64,000 nucleotides of DNA from the human T2T-CHM13v2.0 reference genome, Homo sapiens (GCF_009914755.1 NC_060926.1), one strand, 5' to 3'. Positions 39,904 to 53,850 are shown, counted from the stretch's first letter. Translations and numbers: made by a program. Notes: a model not told the origin generated them from the letters alone.

Positions 39904-41164
39904 AAGATTTAACAGGCCGGAGGATGTCGATGCCATGAGTCATGAACCCATCCTGCCTCTCACCCTGGCAACTGGCAACGGGACCTCCAAAAGCAGGAGG
40001 TAATGGCTTTGGCACCCAGAAACGCACAAGACAGAGAGCTATGGTTTCCCCAGTGTCTGGTCCTTGGAGGCTCCATGTGACCTAATTACACGCTGCCTTC
40101 CAAGCCTGATTGAGAGAGGTGGTCAGGATGCTCAAAGCCCCTCCCAGACATTCTGTCCAGCCAGCAGCAGACCCACCAGTCCCCGCTCACCTATGCAGAT
40201 GAGTGGCACTGTGCCACTTGCTCAGATGGAGCAGTCAGTAAGTAGCCAAGGGCATCTGGGTTGCAGACCTCAGTTTGAAAAAAAAAGGGAAGCAGGCGTT
40301 CGTCCAACATCACCCAGTACTGAAGACGCACCTTCCCTGTGCCAGGCATGGCCCTGGAGCTGAGCACGTCACTGACCAAAACAGACCAACAGTACCACCC
40401 TGGAGGGACTCATCTGTCTCCCAGGGAGTCGGCTTTGTTGGGGCCAGGAACCAGCCACCTTTGGGACCCTCCAGTGGCCAAGCCTGGAACCCTCTCTCAG
40501 GTGCCACCTGCCTGGGGACTGCGCAACAGTGCTGAGTGAAGGTGAAGCTTGGGAAGCCTCTCCCACAGGTGAGGCTATGTTGTTCTGCAAATCTACAAAG
40601 ACAGATGACCAGGAGGGACCGCGGCAGGCAGCGCCTTCAGGCTGGGCGCAGACCCTTGAGTGTGAGCAGCAAGGAATCGACGGGAACAGACTGGGAGAAG
40701 GGCCCTGCACGCCCGCAGCTCTGCCCTGCACCTTCTGTTCAGAGATCACTTCTCATCAGGAGGCTGCGAAGGGAACTGGTGCTCCAGCTAAGGGTGGTCC
40801 CACAGGGTGACCTTGTCTGTCCTGAAACGGAAGCTGTTGTACTAGACTGGGTGCCACAGAATTTAACGTATACCCAATGGCCATACCCAGGCCTGCAGGT
40901 TTATGTCCCCGTGACTTTCAATATGCCCAGCTTGTCCTAGCTGCTTCACTAGGAAGTCCTGAGCCTCCGACAGGACACTTTCTGGGAGAATCACAGAGGC
41001 GTGTCTCTAGCGAGCGGCTTCCACTCTTTCTTCCAGACAGCCCGATTTCCCCACATGCACCTGGGCCTTGAGAACAGTCCCTGGAGGAGCATCCGACACT
41101 AGCAGGCCCAGGAGAACCACATCAGTCCCTCTCTTTGGGCAGCAGCCCTCCCCCTGCTGGGCTG

Positions 41165-41900
41165 GACTTCGCCCTCGTGGCACAGCGGGCAATTCTGAGC
41201 CAAAGCCAAAATGCCAGCTCCCAGCCTCCTAGGAAGGACGGGTCTGTGCGGAAGGCTCTGCGGCCGGCTCTGCCCCCAGGGCTCCCAGCAGCGGGCTCCC
41301 GAGGCCTGGCTTCTCCCGGAGGAGACCCCAGCTTCTCCAGCGTTCTTACATTTCTGTATTTCAGACCCAAATAGACCTTGTTCCAGGTTCTCAATGTCCT
41401 CCCCAGGGTGGGGCTGGTGGAGGCCTCCAGGTCCTGGGGTGTGTGTGGGCTGCTGGAGGGCAGGCCCGAGACCCAAAGGCGCGTCTCCCTCACCCGCCTC
41501 GCCGACACCAGGGGGCGCTGGAGCTCAGCAAAGGGCCCGGAGGCCGCTCTGAAACTCAGGCCTTAAAATACAGGCAGGATCAGCCTTTGGAGCCCTCCCT
41601 GCCGGCCGGGCCCGCCCGGCGCCCAGTCAGCGTGCTGCCGGGCCTGTGCCCCTGACGGACCTGGCACAAGGGGGCACCCAGGGGTCTGCAGCCGGATGAT
41701 GCGAGCTCAGGCCTCCCCCACCTGGGGTGAGACGCCCCCATCCCATCAGCGCACCCCTGCAGCAGGGAAGCATAAGCCTGGCTGCGGCCCCGCCCACAGC
41801 ACCTATCTGGTCCAGCCCCGCCCACAGCACCTCCACCTCCAGCCCCGCCCACAGCACCTCCCCTCTCCAGCCCCACCCACGGCGCCTCCCTTCTCCGGCC
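41165..41900. promoter_or_regulatory. CpG-rich segment (small CpG-island-like region)
   Basis: Clear local excess of CpG (gcggccggc, gcgcgtc, gccggccgggcccgcccggcg) relative to the flanks. Estimated by eye, not computed. Confidence 0.6.
41502..41520 (+). promoter_or_regulatory. CTCF binding motif
   Basis: ccgaCACCAGGGGGCGCTg; 14 consecutive bases match the CTCF core consensus (C)CACCAGGGGGCGCT. Confidence 0.65.
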
Positions 41901-42402
41901 CCGCCCACAGCACCTCCCCCACTTCAACCCCACCCACAGCACCTCCCTCCTCCCCGGCTGCAGCTCTCCCCTCAAGCCCCGCCCACAGCCCCACAGCACC
42001 TCCCCACAGCCCTGCCCACAACACCTCCCCCTCCAGCCCCACCCACAGCACCTCCACCTCAGACCCCGCCCACAGCACCTCCCGCCTCCAGCCCTGCCCA
42101 TAATACCCCCCTCCTCTGACCCCGCCCACAGTGTCTCCCCCCTCTGGCCCACCCACAGTGCCTCCCCCTCCAGCTCCTCCCACAGCACTCCCTCCTCCGA
42201 CCCTGCCCACAGCATCTACCCCTCCAACCCCGCCCACAGCACCTCCCTCCTCCGGCCCTGCCCACAGTGCCTCGCCCCTCCCGCCCCATCCACAGTGCCT
42301 CTTTCCTCTGGCCCCGCCCACAGCACCCTGATCCTCCAGCCCCACCCACAGTCCCCCCCTCCAACTCCGTGGCTGCAGCCCCGCCCACAGCACCTCCCTC
42401 CT
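41785..42402. repeat. C-rich minisatellite, ~27-30-bp unit cccc(g/a)cccacagcacctcc...ctccag, ~21 copies
   Basis: cccacag recurs every ~28 bp; many units carry the GC box CCCCGCCC. Confidence 0.95.
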
Positions 42403-42904
42403 CGGGGGGTGCCGCAGGACCTGGGACGCACCTGATGTTTCTGGGGGGGAAGGGGCACCCTTCTGCAGTTTGCATTGGTCACCTTAACAGCGGGGCACTG
42501 TGGTCACAGATCAAGTCCTAAAGGAAAGTAAACCTCTGTTCAGTGGCCAGGGAGGAAACAGGTTGTGAGAAATAACGGAACATTCTTCAGACAGGACAAC
42601 AATTCGGAGTCTTACACCATCCCAGGTTTTTTGACACGAGGGCTGTCCCCGCGTTGCTCTCCCTGGGCCTGTGGCACCCACTTGCTGGCTAAGGTTAGGA
42701 CCCACCCTGGGGCGCCTGCCCAGCGGTGACTGTGTCCACAGCACTCTGGGTGGCACCTGCCCAGCTACTTCTGGTTGTGCCCTGGTCACACAGGCATGGT
42801 TGGGGCAGAGTGTGGCAGGTGCTGCCTGCACCAGAGCTCCCCATGTGCCAGGCTTGGTGCCCACGTGTGCTGGTGATGCTCTCACCTGGTCCTCAGTGCA
42901 GTGG

Positions 42905-43015
42905 AATGCGGGACACACTGTCACAGCCTCAATTTACAGCTGGGGAAGCTGAACCCCAGAGGAGTTTGGTGACCTATCCAAAGTCACACCGTCTGGAAGT
43001 GGCTGAGCCATCATC
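42905..43015 (-). mobile_element. MIR fragment
   Basis: aatttacagctggggaagctgaaccccagagg...tgacctatccaaagtcacac matches the MIR core. Confidence 0.6.
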
Positions 43016-44189
43016 TACCAATGCCTGTGAGCTTGAGCTCACGTCTCCAAGAGGGTGCAAGCCTGGGTAAGCAGGGACTTGCTCAGCCTCCAAGGAAAAC
43101 CCACACCTGCAGCAAATGGCTCCAGGTTCAGGCTGGCCCCCGACTCTGTGAAACCACAATGACCAGCCCTGGGATGTTAAGCTCTGGATCGGAAGAGGAG
43201 AGGTCAAGAGAGCAAAATCCTGCAAGCCATGAGCCGTGGGAAATGAGTGAGGTGCTGGTTATTACGGAATGTGCCCAGCCTGACGTGATCACACACAGAC
43301 ACAGGCCTCTGGGGGTGGTGCTCCCAGCTGACCTCTGCAGGATCTCTGCACCCTGAATGGCAGGTCCACGTATCATTGCTCTTGCATGTCCCTCACTACC
43401 CCAGGAAATGGCCACCAAATCCCCCAAATCACCCTGGACACCAACACTGAACACAGAATGCTTTTGGATTCCCTAAGGTACAAAGGAAATCTTGGTAACT
43501 TCTTTCCCCAGGTTGCCTTAGCTTTCAGGGTTTCCGTGAGCTGTGAGCTCACCTGTGCGTCCTGGCCAGCTGCAGAGCACTGCAAGACCTAAAAGGAGGG
43601 AGAAGAATGGGCTTGTGGGGCATGGCTGGGCTGCGGCTCTATATGCAGCAGTGAGGAGATTTCATCATGGCCTTGGGCTGCAGACCCCGGCTTCCTGGCA
43701 TTTCTCATGCACCCTCCTGAGCCCCAGGTGCTGGGTTACATGTCAGTGTGGAGACTACACCCCGTGACCCAGGCACATGCCCTCGAAGGCTGGTTCTTGA
43801 GGGCCAGCTTTGGGAGGACAGGTGAGGGCTCAGGGGTGACAGAACACCTACCTGGGGTTCAACAGGCCACCCCCAGTCCTGGAGCCCCTGCTGCTGTCAC
43901 CCCACCGGCCCAGGCCAAGGACTGCACTTCTCCTTGCAGTGGACCCCTATGAGCGTGCTGTGACCCCCTCACAAGGTCACCGTACCTGTCTGGCCCCAGC
44001 TGCAACCTGCCTGGGAGCAGGTCTAAAAACAGCCCCTGCTGCTGGGTGACTGGGCAACTGATCCGGGTTGGGGCGAGGGTGTGGCCGCCACCCGAGGCCG
44101 CCCTGTGTCTGGGCAGGTCTCAACTCTTCCTCTGATTCTCCCTCTGTCCCCGAGGAGCTCTCGGTCCCCGAGCCCGGTCAATACCTGAG

Positions 44190-44335
44190 CCAGGCATTCT
44201 TAACCTCCTGTGCACCGAGGCCCCATGGCAGGTAGTGAAAGTTAGGGACCCCTCATCAGAATAATGTTTTTAGGTGCATAAAATAAAATGCATAGAATCG
44301 CAAAGGAAACGCATTGCATTGAAATTGTTAGCACA
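44190..44335. mobile_element. hAT-Charlie-type DNA transposon (MITE) fragment
   Basis: ttcttaacc...ggacccctcatcagaataatgtttttaggtgcataaaataaaatgcatag...caaaggaaac; AT-rich island within GC-rich DNA. Confidence 0.55.
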
Positions 44336-45679
44336 GGTGAGAGCTGAGTTTTCCGCAGAGTGAGGTGCAGGCTCTTCTATCAACGCGTCACCTGGGGTGT
44401 ACTCAGCAGTTTGAGCAGTGCTGGGCACCTCGCTGCCTGGGGATCCTGGCCACAGCTGCAGTGATGGGAAGACACTATGGCTTCTTCTGGAACCGAGTCA
44501 CCTTCTTCCATGCTCACAATGGAAGGAGTACCATGTCAGCTTAGCTGAGCAATGGGACAGTTTCTCCCCATGCATGCTCAGGGGAGTGGCCACCCGGAAC
44601 CTTCTCCCTCCAGCTCCCCTCCCTCATCCTTTGGGTGCACTGTGACCCTGAATCAGCTCTGTGGGGTGACTCCCAGCCCAGAACCCTCAGGCCCAGAACC
44701 CCCACCACCACGGGTGGTACACAACCAAGCTCCTTGGCCCCCCAAGAAGGTCTATGGGAATTGCCTGTTCCAGGTCTGCCTTCCAGGCTGGCCCTCACTG
44801 GCCTGGGACACCCATCGTCCTCCTGTTTGCACCTCTGCTCCTCCTGGGTAGACCGCATCCCTCCTCAGCCAGCATGTCTCTCCTGCCTCCTCCCCCAGTG
44901 ACCTCCCCACCAGCAGCCATCCCCTCACCCCATCTCCCTAGGGACACCTCTCTCTAGCCATCCATCCCATTCGAGGCCTCATCCCCGCTCCCATCAGGGC
45001 CTCCTCCATCCCAGATCCCTGGGGACAGCAGGAGCCAGGACCTAGCGAAGGTTGTGTTGACCCTAGCGTTGGAAGAAGGCCTGCTTGGAGGGGGCTGGGT
45101 TAAGAAACAGGAGCTCCAAGTGGGCCTGGCTGTCCTTGGCCTGAAGGACTGCTGACAGGAAGCAGCTGGTTTCCAGTGACAGGCGGGCCGGGGGTGGTGG
45201 CACCTGTCATCATTTCTGCCCTGCCTGCTGAGCAGAGCTCAAGTGTCTGTGCCTGGGAGGGGCTGGGCCGGAATGAGCACTGCTCAAACCTGCAGCAGGG
45301 GGCCAAGGGGCTGCCCAGCCTCAGCCTGAAACTCCCAGAAAGCACTGAGCACAGAGGGTCCCTCCTGCCCCTCCCCTGCACCCCTGTGCCTCTGACAGTT
45401 CCCAGGCTCACTCCATCCAAAGGCCCCAGCCCCTGTGGAAAGACCCCCGGAAGCCCTCATGGACACCTGGTCGCAGAGACTGGTGCCCTCCCAGGCCTAC
45501 TTGTCAGTCAGTCTCGGGCCCAGCTCCTGTCATCTCTGTCCCCTGCAGGACTCAGACCGCTGTGTGTATACATGTGGGGTGGGGTGGGGATTGGGGAAGG
45601 CTGGGGGGAGGGGGATTGGGCTGGATGTCCTTCCCTGTTTCCCATCAGAGAAGAGAATATTTTCTTATTTTCCCCTTCT

Positions 45680-47290
45680 GCTATTCCTTGTTTTAAGATA
45701 ACTTTTTTTTTTGGAATTATTATTTTGTTCTTAGTGAGACTATATCTCACTAAAATTATGTACTCAAAATACTGTTTATTTTTTAAGTCACAGTCACATG
45801 AAGATTTCTTGGCACCAATTTGGTAAACAGTTAGGTTTACTTGTTCCTGCCAGTTTCCAATTTGTAGGGATTCCTTTCTTGTTCTTTAGGATTTGTTGTT
45901 GTTTTTTAGCAAAGCATCTACATGGTTCCAGAGGAGACATGAGCCATGTGAAGCTCAAGGTCAGCCCCAGAATTGGCCCCCCTTCCCCTCCCCCACCACC
46001 TTCTTTCCCCACCCCCACTGGAGGCCGTGTTTATTAGGTCGGGGTTTACCTGTTCACTGGTTATTTTATATGAGAAGCCCATGCATACCCATCTCCAAGC
46101 CGTTCTAGAAGCCTCTCTGACATGTCCTGCCTCTTACTGCATTTACACGACACTGCCTTTCACATCGCACGCACGGCTCCTTCTCACGACTTCCTGTTCC
46201 TACAACGCACTCCTTATGGGACTGACCAGGATTTAATCAAACAGTTGCCCTGGATGGGCAACTGGGAGTTTTCTGTTTTTGCTATCACCATGAAAGAGCG
46301 GCCTGTGCCAAAGTCGCTGTTTCCCTAGCGTTTTCTTGGCAGAGATTCATGGAACTGACATCGGTAGGTTGAAGGCCATGTGTATCTGCAACTTGGCCAA
46401 CTATTTCCCTCCCTAGGAACTGCCTCATTGTGCATTCCCACCAGTAATCAATAAGAACACCTGTTTCTCCACAGCCTCACCAACACAATGAGTTGTCAAA
46501 TCTTTGGATTTTTGCCAAGCTGATCAGTGAGAAATGGAATCTCAGTGTTGTCTGAATTCACATTTCTTTTATATGAGCAAGATTGAGTCACCTTTTCCTA
46601 TGTTTAAGAGGCATTTGCATTTTTTCTTTTACAAACTATTTGTTCCTATCTTGTACCTATTTTCCTACAGATCTTTGGACATTTTCTTCATTTTGGGAAC
46701 TTTTTGTATATCAGTGATATTAGCCTTGCATCTGTAATATTAGTTGCAAATATTGTCTTACCTGTCCTTTGACTTTGAAGATGGTGTATTTTCCCATATA
46801 AAGGTCTTAATTTTGTGGAGACAAATTTGTTCAACTTGCCTGATTGCTTCTGGATTTTGAGTCATGGTTATAAAAGCTTTTCTCCATCTTAGGTTGTAAA
46901 GGAAGTAACCTGATTTATTTTCTAATACTTGTGTAACTCCATCTCTGATTCACTTGGTGTCCACTGTGAGAAGTGGATCCAATTTTCTCTTTGCATGTGG
47001 CTCTGCAGCATCCCGAACCCCTTGGTTACAGAGTCCATCTTCTCCCACTCACTTGGGATGCCACCCACCTTGACAACAGCCCACTGCTTGTGGGTCTATC
47101 TCTGGATTCTCTATTCCACTGGTCCATTCATCTGTAAACGAATGAATGCCATGCTGTTGTGCTCACAGAAGCTTTATAACATGTATTATATGGCATAGTC
47201 TACCCCACCAACTTCACCCTGCCCTCCTTTTCCAGGGATTTCCTGGCTATTCCTGCTTTCTAATTCTTCCCTGTGAAAGATAACATCTAA
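45680..47290 (-). mobile_element. Old L1 (L1ME/MC-like), antisense
   Basis: tgcattcccaccagtaat...cctgtttctccacagcctcaccaacac...tgagaaatggaatctcagtgttg...gttgcaaatatt. Confidence 0.75.
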
Positions 47291-47751
47291 CTGCCTGGTC
47301 TTCCTGGACATACACCAAGTCCCTTCCTGTCCACAGGGCTCCTTGTATGCTCTTCCCACCTGCTCTGCCTGGCAAACTCACTCTAAGAGACCCTGCACAA
47401 AGGCCCCTTCCCTCAGGGTCCCAACCCCTGGCCTCAGGCAAGCTCAATCTTGCCTTTGGATGCTACTGAGTTGGCTCTTCTGCCTAGAGCCCCTGATCTC
47501 CAGAACTTTGCATGGATAGTTCCTCCCCATAAACGCCAGCATAAATGACCCAGCCAGAAGGCATCCCTGGCTCCCAGACCTTCTCCATCCATTACTCTGT
47601 TTTATTTCCTCATGGTTATCATCCATATCTAAAATAATCTTACATGATTGTTTGATGTTATATATGCCAGAAGGTATGAGAGAATGGCCTTAACTTATCT
47701 AATTCTGTGATGAATCTTCAGCATCAAGAACAGTATAGTGAAAGGAGCTCC

Positions 47752-48211
47752 AGGTGGGTGGGTGGATGGATGGATGGACAGATAGAGAGATGGGCAGATG
47801 GATGGACAAATGGATGGACAGATATGGATGGTTGGATGGATGGTTAAATGGATGGATGAGTGGATGGATGGATGAATGAGTAGATGAATGGATGTTCAGA
47901 TGGATGGATAGGTAGATGGGTGGATGAATGGATGAGCAGATGGATGGATGGATGGATGGTTGGGTGGATGGATAGATGGCAGATGGATGGATGAGTAGAT
48001 GGATAGATGGGCCGAGGGATGGATGGCTGGGTGGATGGATGGATGGCTGGGTGGATAGATGGTTGGGTGGATGGATGGACAAATAGATGATTGGGTGTGT
48101 GGGTGGATGGGCAGAGGGATGAATGGCTGGGTGGATGGATGGATAATTGGGTGGATGGATGGACAGATGGTTGGTTAGTTGAGTGGATGGCTGGATGGCT
48201 GGAAGGATGGA
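47752..48211. repeat. (TGGA)n degenerate tetranucleotide repeat
   Basis: Directly visible; follows an L2-type 3' end. Confidence 0.95.
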
Positions 48212-48864
48212 GACTGTCCTGCCTTTCTAGTCAGTTAGTTACCTTTCCTTTGTGCTGTCAGAGTACTCTGAACACCTATTATAGATCAGACCCAAGCTAA
48301 ACACCTGTGAAAGGTATTTGGCACATGTCCCCACCTACTTGGGTGTGAGCTCTGTGGGGGCAGATCGATGTCTGATTGTTGTGCCCATCGAGAGGATGTG
48401 GACAGTAATAAACGCAGGTGAAAGAGTGACAAGGCAGAGAGTCATAGCACAGGGTAGCATCTTGGGTTCAAGGTTTTGAGGGACTTTAATGGTTCTTAGG
48501 GAACTGAAAGGTGATGTATTGAACCCCATGGCCAAAGGTCTAACACAGCCAGGCTCTCTGGAGCCTGTGGTACCAGCTGTCCTGTCTCAAGCCCTGAGAT
48601 TTTCTTACACTGACTTTGGCTGAGAAAGCATGTGTTGTTTTCTAAGCATGAGTTCCGGCATTACCTTCCTAGTCCTACACCAGCAGCTGCTGAGGTAGGG
48701 GAAAGAGGGCAAGAGGGCTGAGGATGCAAACAGACTTAGGCTTTATAGGCTCAGCCACTGTGGATTTTGAGACCATAGTGACCTGATCCTTACAGATGAG
48801 AATGTGATGCCCACACTTAGAGCTGTGCTAAGGACTAAATGAGCAAAACAGGCAAAGCCTTGGG

Positions 48865-50100
48865 CTCACCATTTAAAGTGTACAATTCAATGGCTTCTCA
48901 TATATTCAGAGTTGTGCATCACCCCATTCTAATTTTAGAACATTTTCATCACTCCCCTCCAAAAAAACCACATGTCCTGTTAAGTCTCTCCTTATGTTCC
49001 TCCCCCATCCCCTAGGCATCCCCTAATTTACTTTCTGTCACTATAGATTTGCCCATTTTGGACATTGCACATAAATAAAATCATGCTAAATATGGTTTTG
49101 TGTGACTGTCTTCTTTCTTTTAGTATAATATGTCCAAGGTCCATCCACTGCTGTGTCATTGTGTCAGTACCGCATTCCTTTTTATTATCAAACAATATTA
49201 CATTGTAAGATACCACATGTAATCTGTCTATTCCTCAGTTGGTGAAAAATTGGGTTGTTTATACTTTTTGGATATTATGAACACTGTTACATTCTATGCA
49301 AGTTTTTTTGTATGCACATTTGTTTCAGTTTCTCTTGAGCACATACATATCTAGTAGTAAAATCACTGAGTCATATGGTAACTCTATGTTTTGCATTTTA
49401 AAGAACTTCAAGACTGTTTTCCAGAACAGCTGCACCATTTTAGATTCCCACCAGCCATGTCTGAGTAGTCCAGTTTCTTCATAACCTTGTCAACACTTGT
49501 TATTGTCTGGGGTTTTTTTATTGCAGTTATCCTACTCGGTCTAAAGTGGCATCTTGTGATTTTGATTTGCATTTTTTAAATGGCTAATGAAACATCTTTT
49601 CTTGTGCTTAGGAGACATTGTGTATCTTCTTGGAGAAATGTCTATTCAAATCCTTTGCCCATTTTTAAATTGGGTTATTTATATTTTTCTTGTTGAGGTC
49701 TAAGAGTTCTTCATATATTCTGGATACACGTCTCTTACCAGATAAATGATTTGAAAATATTTTCTCTCATTCTGTGGATTTTCTTTTCACTTTATTGGTG
49801 GTATTTTTTCAGCACAGAGGTTTTAAATTTTAATGAAATTCAATTTACCTATGTTTTTTCTTTTGTCACTTGTGTTTTTGGTGTCTTATCTAATAAATTA
49901 TTGTTTCTATGTATTTGTAACCCAAGGTCATACAGATTTATTCCTATACTTTGTTCTAAGATTTATATAGTTTTAGCTCTTGCACTAGGTCTATGTTCCA
50001 TTTTGACTTAAATTTTGTGCATGCTGGGGAAGGAGACACGCTTCATTCTTTTACCTGTGGAGATCCAGTTGGCTTCTCACATTTGTTGAAATGTCCTTTT
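48865..50100 (-). mobile_element. L1MB-type 3' end, antisense
   Basis: catttaaagtgtacaattcaatgg...tagatttgcccattttggacatt...gctgcaccattttagattcccaccagc...ggagaaatgtctattcaaatcctttgccc. Confidence 0.88.
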
Positions 50101-50553
50101 TGTTTTTTAAGTGAGCTTTGCTTTTCTTTTCTGATTCTGAAAGTAATATACATTTTTATATAAAACTTGGAGTTTGAAAAAATACAAAGAAGAAAACAAA
50201 TGTTACCCATAATTCTGCCATCTGGACACATGGTGAGCATCATTTGCAGTTATGAGTTTTGTACAAAAATGAGATCCTCTCTTATGTTGCTCTAGCAGTC
50301 TTGGTGACTAGCTTTGGTGATGTTAAACACATCCGTACTATTAATACATCAAATATTCCATGTCATTAAATACTTTCCTCCCATGTCATTTTTAAAGGTT
50401 GCATAGCATTCTCATAGCTGGATTTATCATATGAGCTCTCCTATATTGTTGGAAATTTGGGTTGCTTCTGTATCTTGTTATTATAGTCAGTGTTGGTTTT
50501 AATACCAAAAATGTCTCATAAAGGAAGGGGAAGCTCAAACTCTAGTAGCTTGG

Positions 50554-51222
50554 TGTATTAGTAGGGATTCTCTTAGAGGAACAGAACTAATAATATATAT
50601 ATACTCATTATATATATATATATACACATTATATATACACATTATATATATATACACACATTATATATATACACATTACATATACACATTATATATATAC
50701 ACATTATATATACACATTATATATACATACACATTATATATATACACATTATATATACACACATTATATATATACACATTATATATACACATTATACATA
50801 TATACACATTATATATATATACCCATTATATATATATATATATACACACATATATATGTGAGTTTATTAACTTACACAATCACAAGGTCCCACAATAGGC
50901 TGTCTGTAAGCTGAGGAGCAAGGAAAGCCAGTCCAAGTTCCAAAACTGAAGAGCTTGGAGTCCGATGTTCTAGGGCAGGAAGCATCTAGCACAGGAGAAA
51001 GATGTAGGCTGGGAGGTTAGACCAGTCTCTCCTTTTCATGTTTTTCTGCCTGCCTTATATTCACTGGCAGCTGATTAGATGGTGCCCACCAGATTAAGGG
51101 TGGATCAGCCTTCCCCAGCCCACTGACTCAAATGTTAGTCTCTTTCAGCAACACCTTCACAGACACACCCAGGATCAATACTTTCAATCCAATCAAGTTG
51201 ACACTCACTATTAACCATCACA
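50554..51222 (-). mobile_element. Full-length MLT2A (HERVL) solo LTR
   Basis: Minus strand begins TGTGATGGTTAATAGTGAGTGTCAACTTGATTGGATTGAAAG (MLT2A-type start); perfect 5-bp TSD CTTGG (50549-50553 and 51223-51227). Confidence 0.92.
50590..50858. repeat. AT-rich compound repeat (ACACATTATATAT...)n expanded inside MLT2A
   Basis: Recurrent cacattatatata units of variable length. Confidence 0.95.
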
Positions 51223-51372
51223 CTTGGTAAACTCATTTAAAATTAATAATATTTATTGATTTTTTTAAATTATAAAAGTAATACATAATTACAAGAGAAA
51301 ATTCAGAGGCTGCAAAACAGTGGATGAAGGGAAATTCAGGCACAGATTCCCCACCTAGAGATGACGAGATGA

Positions 51373-51740
<368 letters not shown>

Positions 51741-53107
51741 GGCTTGCTGATTTGTCTGATGAATTGGGTTCCTACGTTACAGAAAATCTTAGAGTAGCTG
51801 TGTAATATTCCAGTCCACGACCATGCCACGTTTCTCTTAGCTCCTCCATAGGTATAGCTTCAAGACATATATTGTTTTGCTTTCCTGAATACGTTACTGC
51901 ATAAAGCCTTTTTCTTTATTTATGATTGTTTTTATAAAATAGGGTTGTAAAGGCGGATTAAACAGCAAAAAAAATGTGTTTCTTCACAGAATGCTTTACA
52001 AAATAGTTATAATACACCTTCCTACAATAATGGAGGATGTTTTTCTTAAAATTACCTCCACAATAACATTTTTCATTGATTTTATGACTGTTTTGTGAGA
52101 GCTTTCTATATGTTTCTTAATAAGTGATAGTTTCTTACATTACCTGTTTCTCAATGTCCATTTATTCATTGAGATTTCACTGTAGTGTTGTCATTGATTG
52201 GTTGTTGTATGTGTCTGATATTTATTTATAATATTTTTCTTTATCAGATTTTTGTCTTTTGCCTTAATAACAACTTGGTTATGTTGTTATTAAGCTTAAA
52301 TATCTTCAGTTTGTATGTAGTTCTATCTATTGACTTTTTTCCTTTTTTTTTTTTTTTTTTTTTTTTTGGCTTTCCTTTGCTTTTAAAATGTGATTTTCCC
52401 CATCAAGGGACTTAATCCTTATATTTGTATTCTATAAGCTTTTTATGGTTTGATTTTTATTACATTTAACTCTAACTTTTAAGCGATTTACTTTGATTCA
52501 CTTTAGATGAGTTTTTGTGTTATTTTTCCTCCTCCGAAAATGTCTTAATTGATTATTCATTAAATAACCTTAATTTTCTCCATTGACTTATCATTTTGGC
52601 TTCGTTATATTTTAAAGATTTGCGTGACCTGCAATCTTCCTCTGGGCCGTCTGTCCTTGCACCAGCACCACACTGGCCTACGTATAAAGAGAGAAATCCT
52701 GATAGTGTTCATTTTAAAAAATATATGCTTTAAATACATAATAGGTGCAAATGGCACAGAATCAGACGGATAAAAGGTGTTTGATGGCAGACCAGTCTTC
52801 CCGCCCTGTCTCCTGGACATTCCGTATGTTACACATCAGAGATTCTCCCTCATTGATGTTTTGATTTCTGATGGGACTAGTCTTTCTTGTCACCTTGTTA
52901 GTTTTTTAAGTTTTAGTGGCTTATCTTTTTTTGTGTTTCATTCTTATATATTTATTTCTCCAGATTAACTTAGAATTGTTTCATCAAGTCCTTGGCAAAG
53001 AATTGGAGCGACATGTTAATTGGAAGGAAGCCTGTCTCATCTTCCGGTGCGTCCACGCGGAACGGCTCCTCCCTCCTGGCTTACCTTCCTGTACAGCTGA
53101 CTAGAGA

Positions 53108-53440
53108 GTGCTGGGGACTGTGCCCCACGCCTTCGCATGTGGAAGACTAAATCCCCCGCGTGATGGCATCTGGAGGTCGGGCCTCTGGGGAGGTGATCGG
53201 GTCATGAAGGTGGAGCTCTCTGAGAGGGATCAATGCCCTTACAAGAGGAGGCCGGAGAGCCCTGGCTTCCTCTCCCTGCTCTCCACCATGGGAGGTTACA
53301 GAAGAAAACCACTGTCTGTAAACCAGGAAGCTGGTCCTCACCAGTCACGGGAGGATCTCAGACTCCCAGGCTCCAGAATTGCGAGAAATAAATGCTACTT
53401 AGTCTAGGGTATTCTGGCATAGCAACCCAAGCTAAGACAC
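53108..53440 (+). mobile_element. MLT1A-like MaLR LTR
   Basis: ggcctctggggaggtgatcgggtcatgaaggtggagctct...gcccttacaagagg...tctcagactcccaggctccagaattgcgagaaataaatg...gctaagaca. Confidence 0.8.
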
Positions 53441-53799
53441 AGAGTTGCAGTTCTCCTTACGAAGTCCAGACATTTTCAGATTAAACCTTTCTTAAGAAGC
53501 GTGTTCTTATGGCAAGATTGAATTGGATTTTTGTTTTCCTTTCTCTCTCTTTTCTTTTTTTCAAGCTATTTCTGGTCTATAGTAAAAATACTGATAAACA
53601 GATATAGCTATAGATCTTACATAGCAGCTATAGATCTTATATATAAACAGCTAAATATAGCCATATTTACTAAGTTGTCAGGATTTTAAAAATATACTTT
53701 TACTTGAGTCTCAAATAAATACATTGTCTAGAAATGAGAATATTTTGTGCTTCTTTCTTCCTATTTCCTGTCTCAAGGGTTTGGCCCCCATGAGGGAGG

Positions 53800-53850
53800 G
53801 CCGCCATCTTGGTTTGTCCTCCAGGGGCCCCTGTGATGCGCCCGGAAGTG
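53800..53850. promoter_or_regulatory. YY1 and ETS (GABPA/ELK-type) motif pair
   Basis: GCCGCCATCTTG at 53800-53811 (exact reverse complement of CAAGATGGCGGC) and CCGGAAGTG at 53842-53850. Confidence 0.5.

Noticed and set aside
41785-42402. PRDM9 13-mer hotspot motif (CCNCCNTNNCCNC) in the C-rich VNTR
   Set aside because: The units I checked by hand fail at the fixed T or C positions; a PWM scan would be needed.
41580-42521. Overlapping Gly-rich and Pro-rich ORFs on both strands
   Set aside because: Derived from the GC-box minisatellite.
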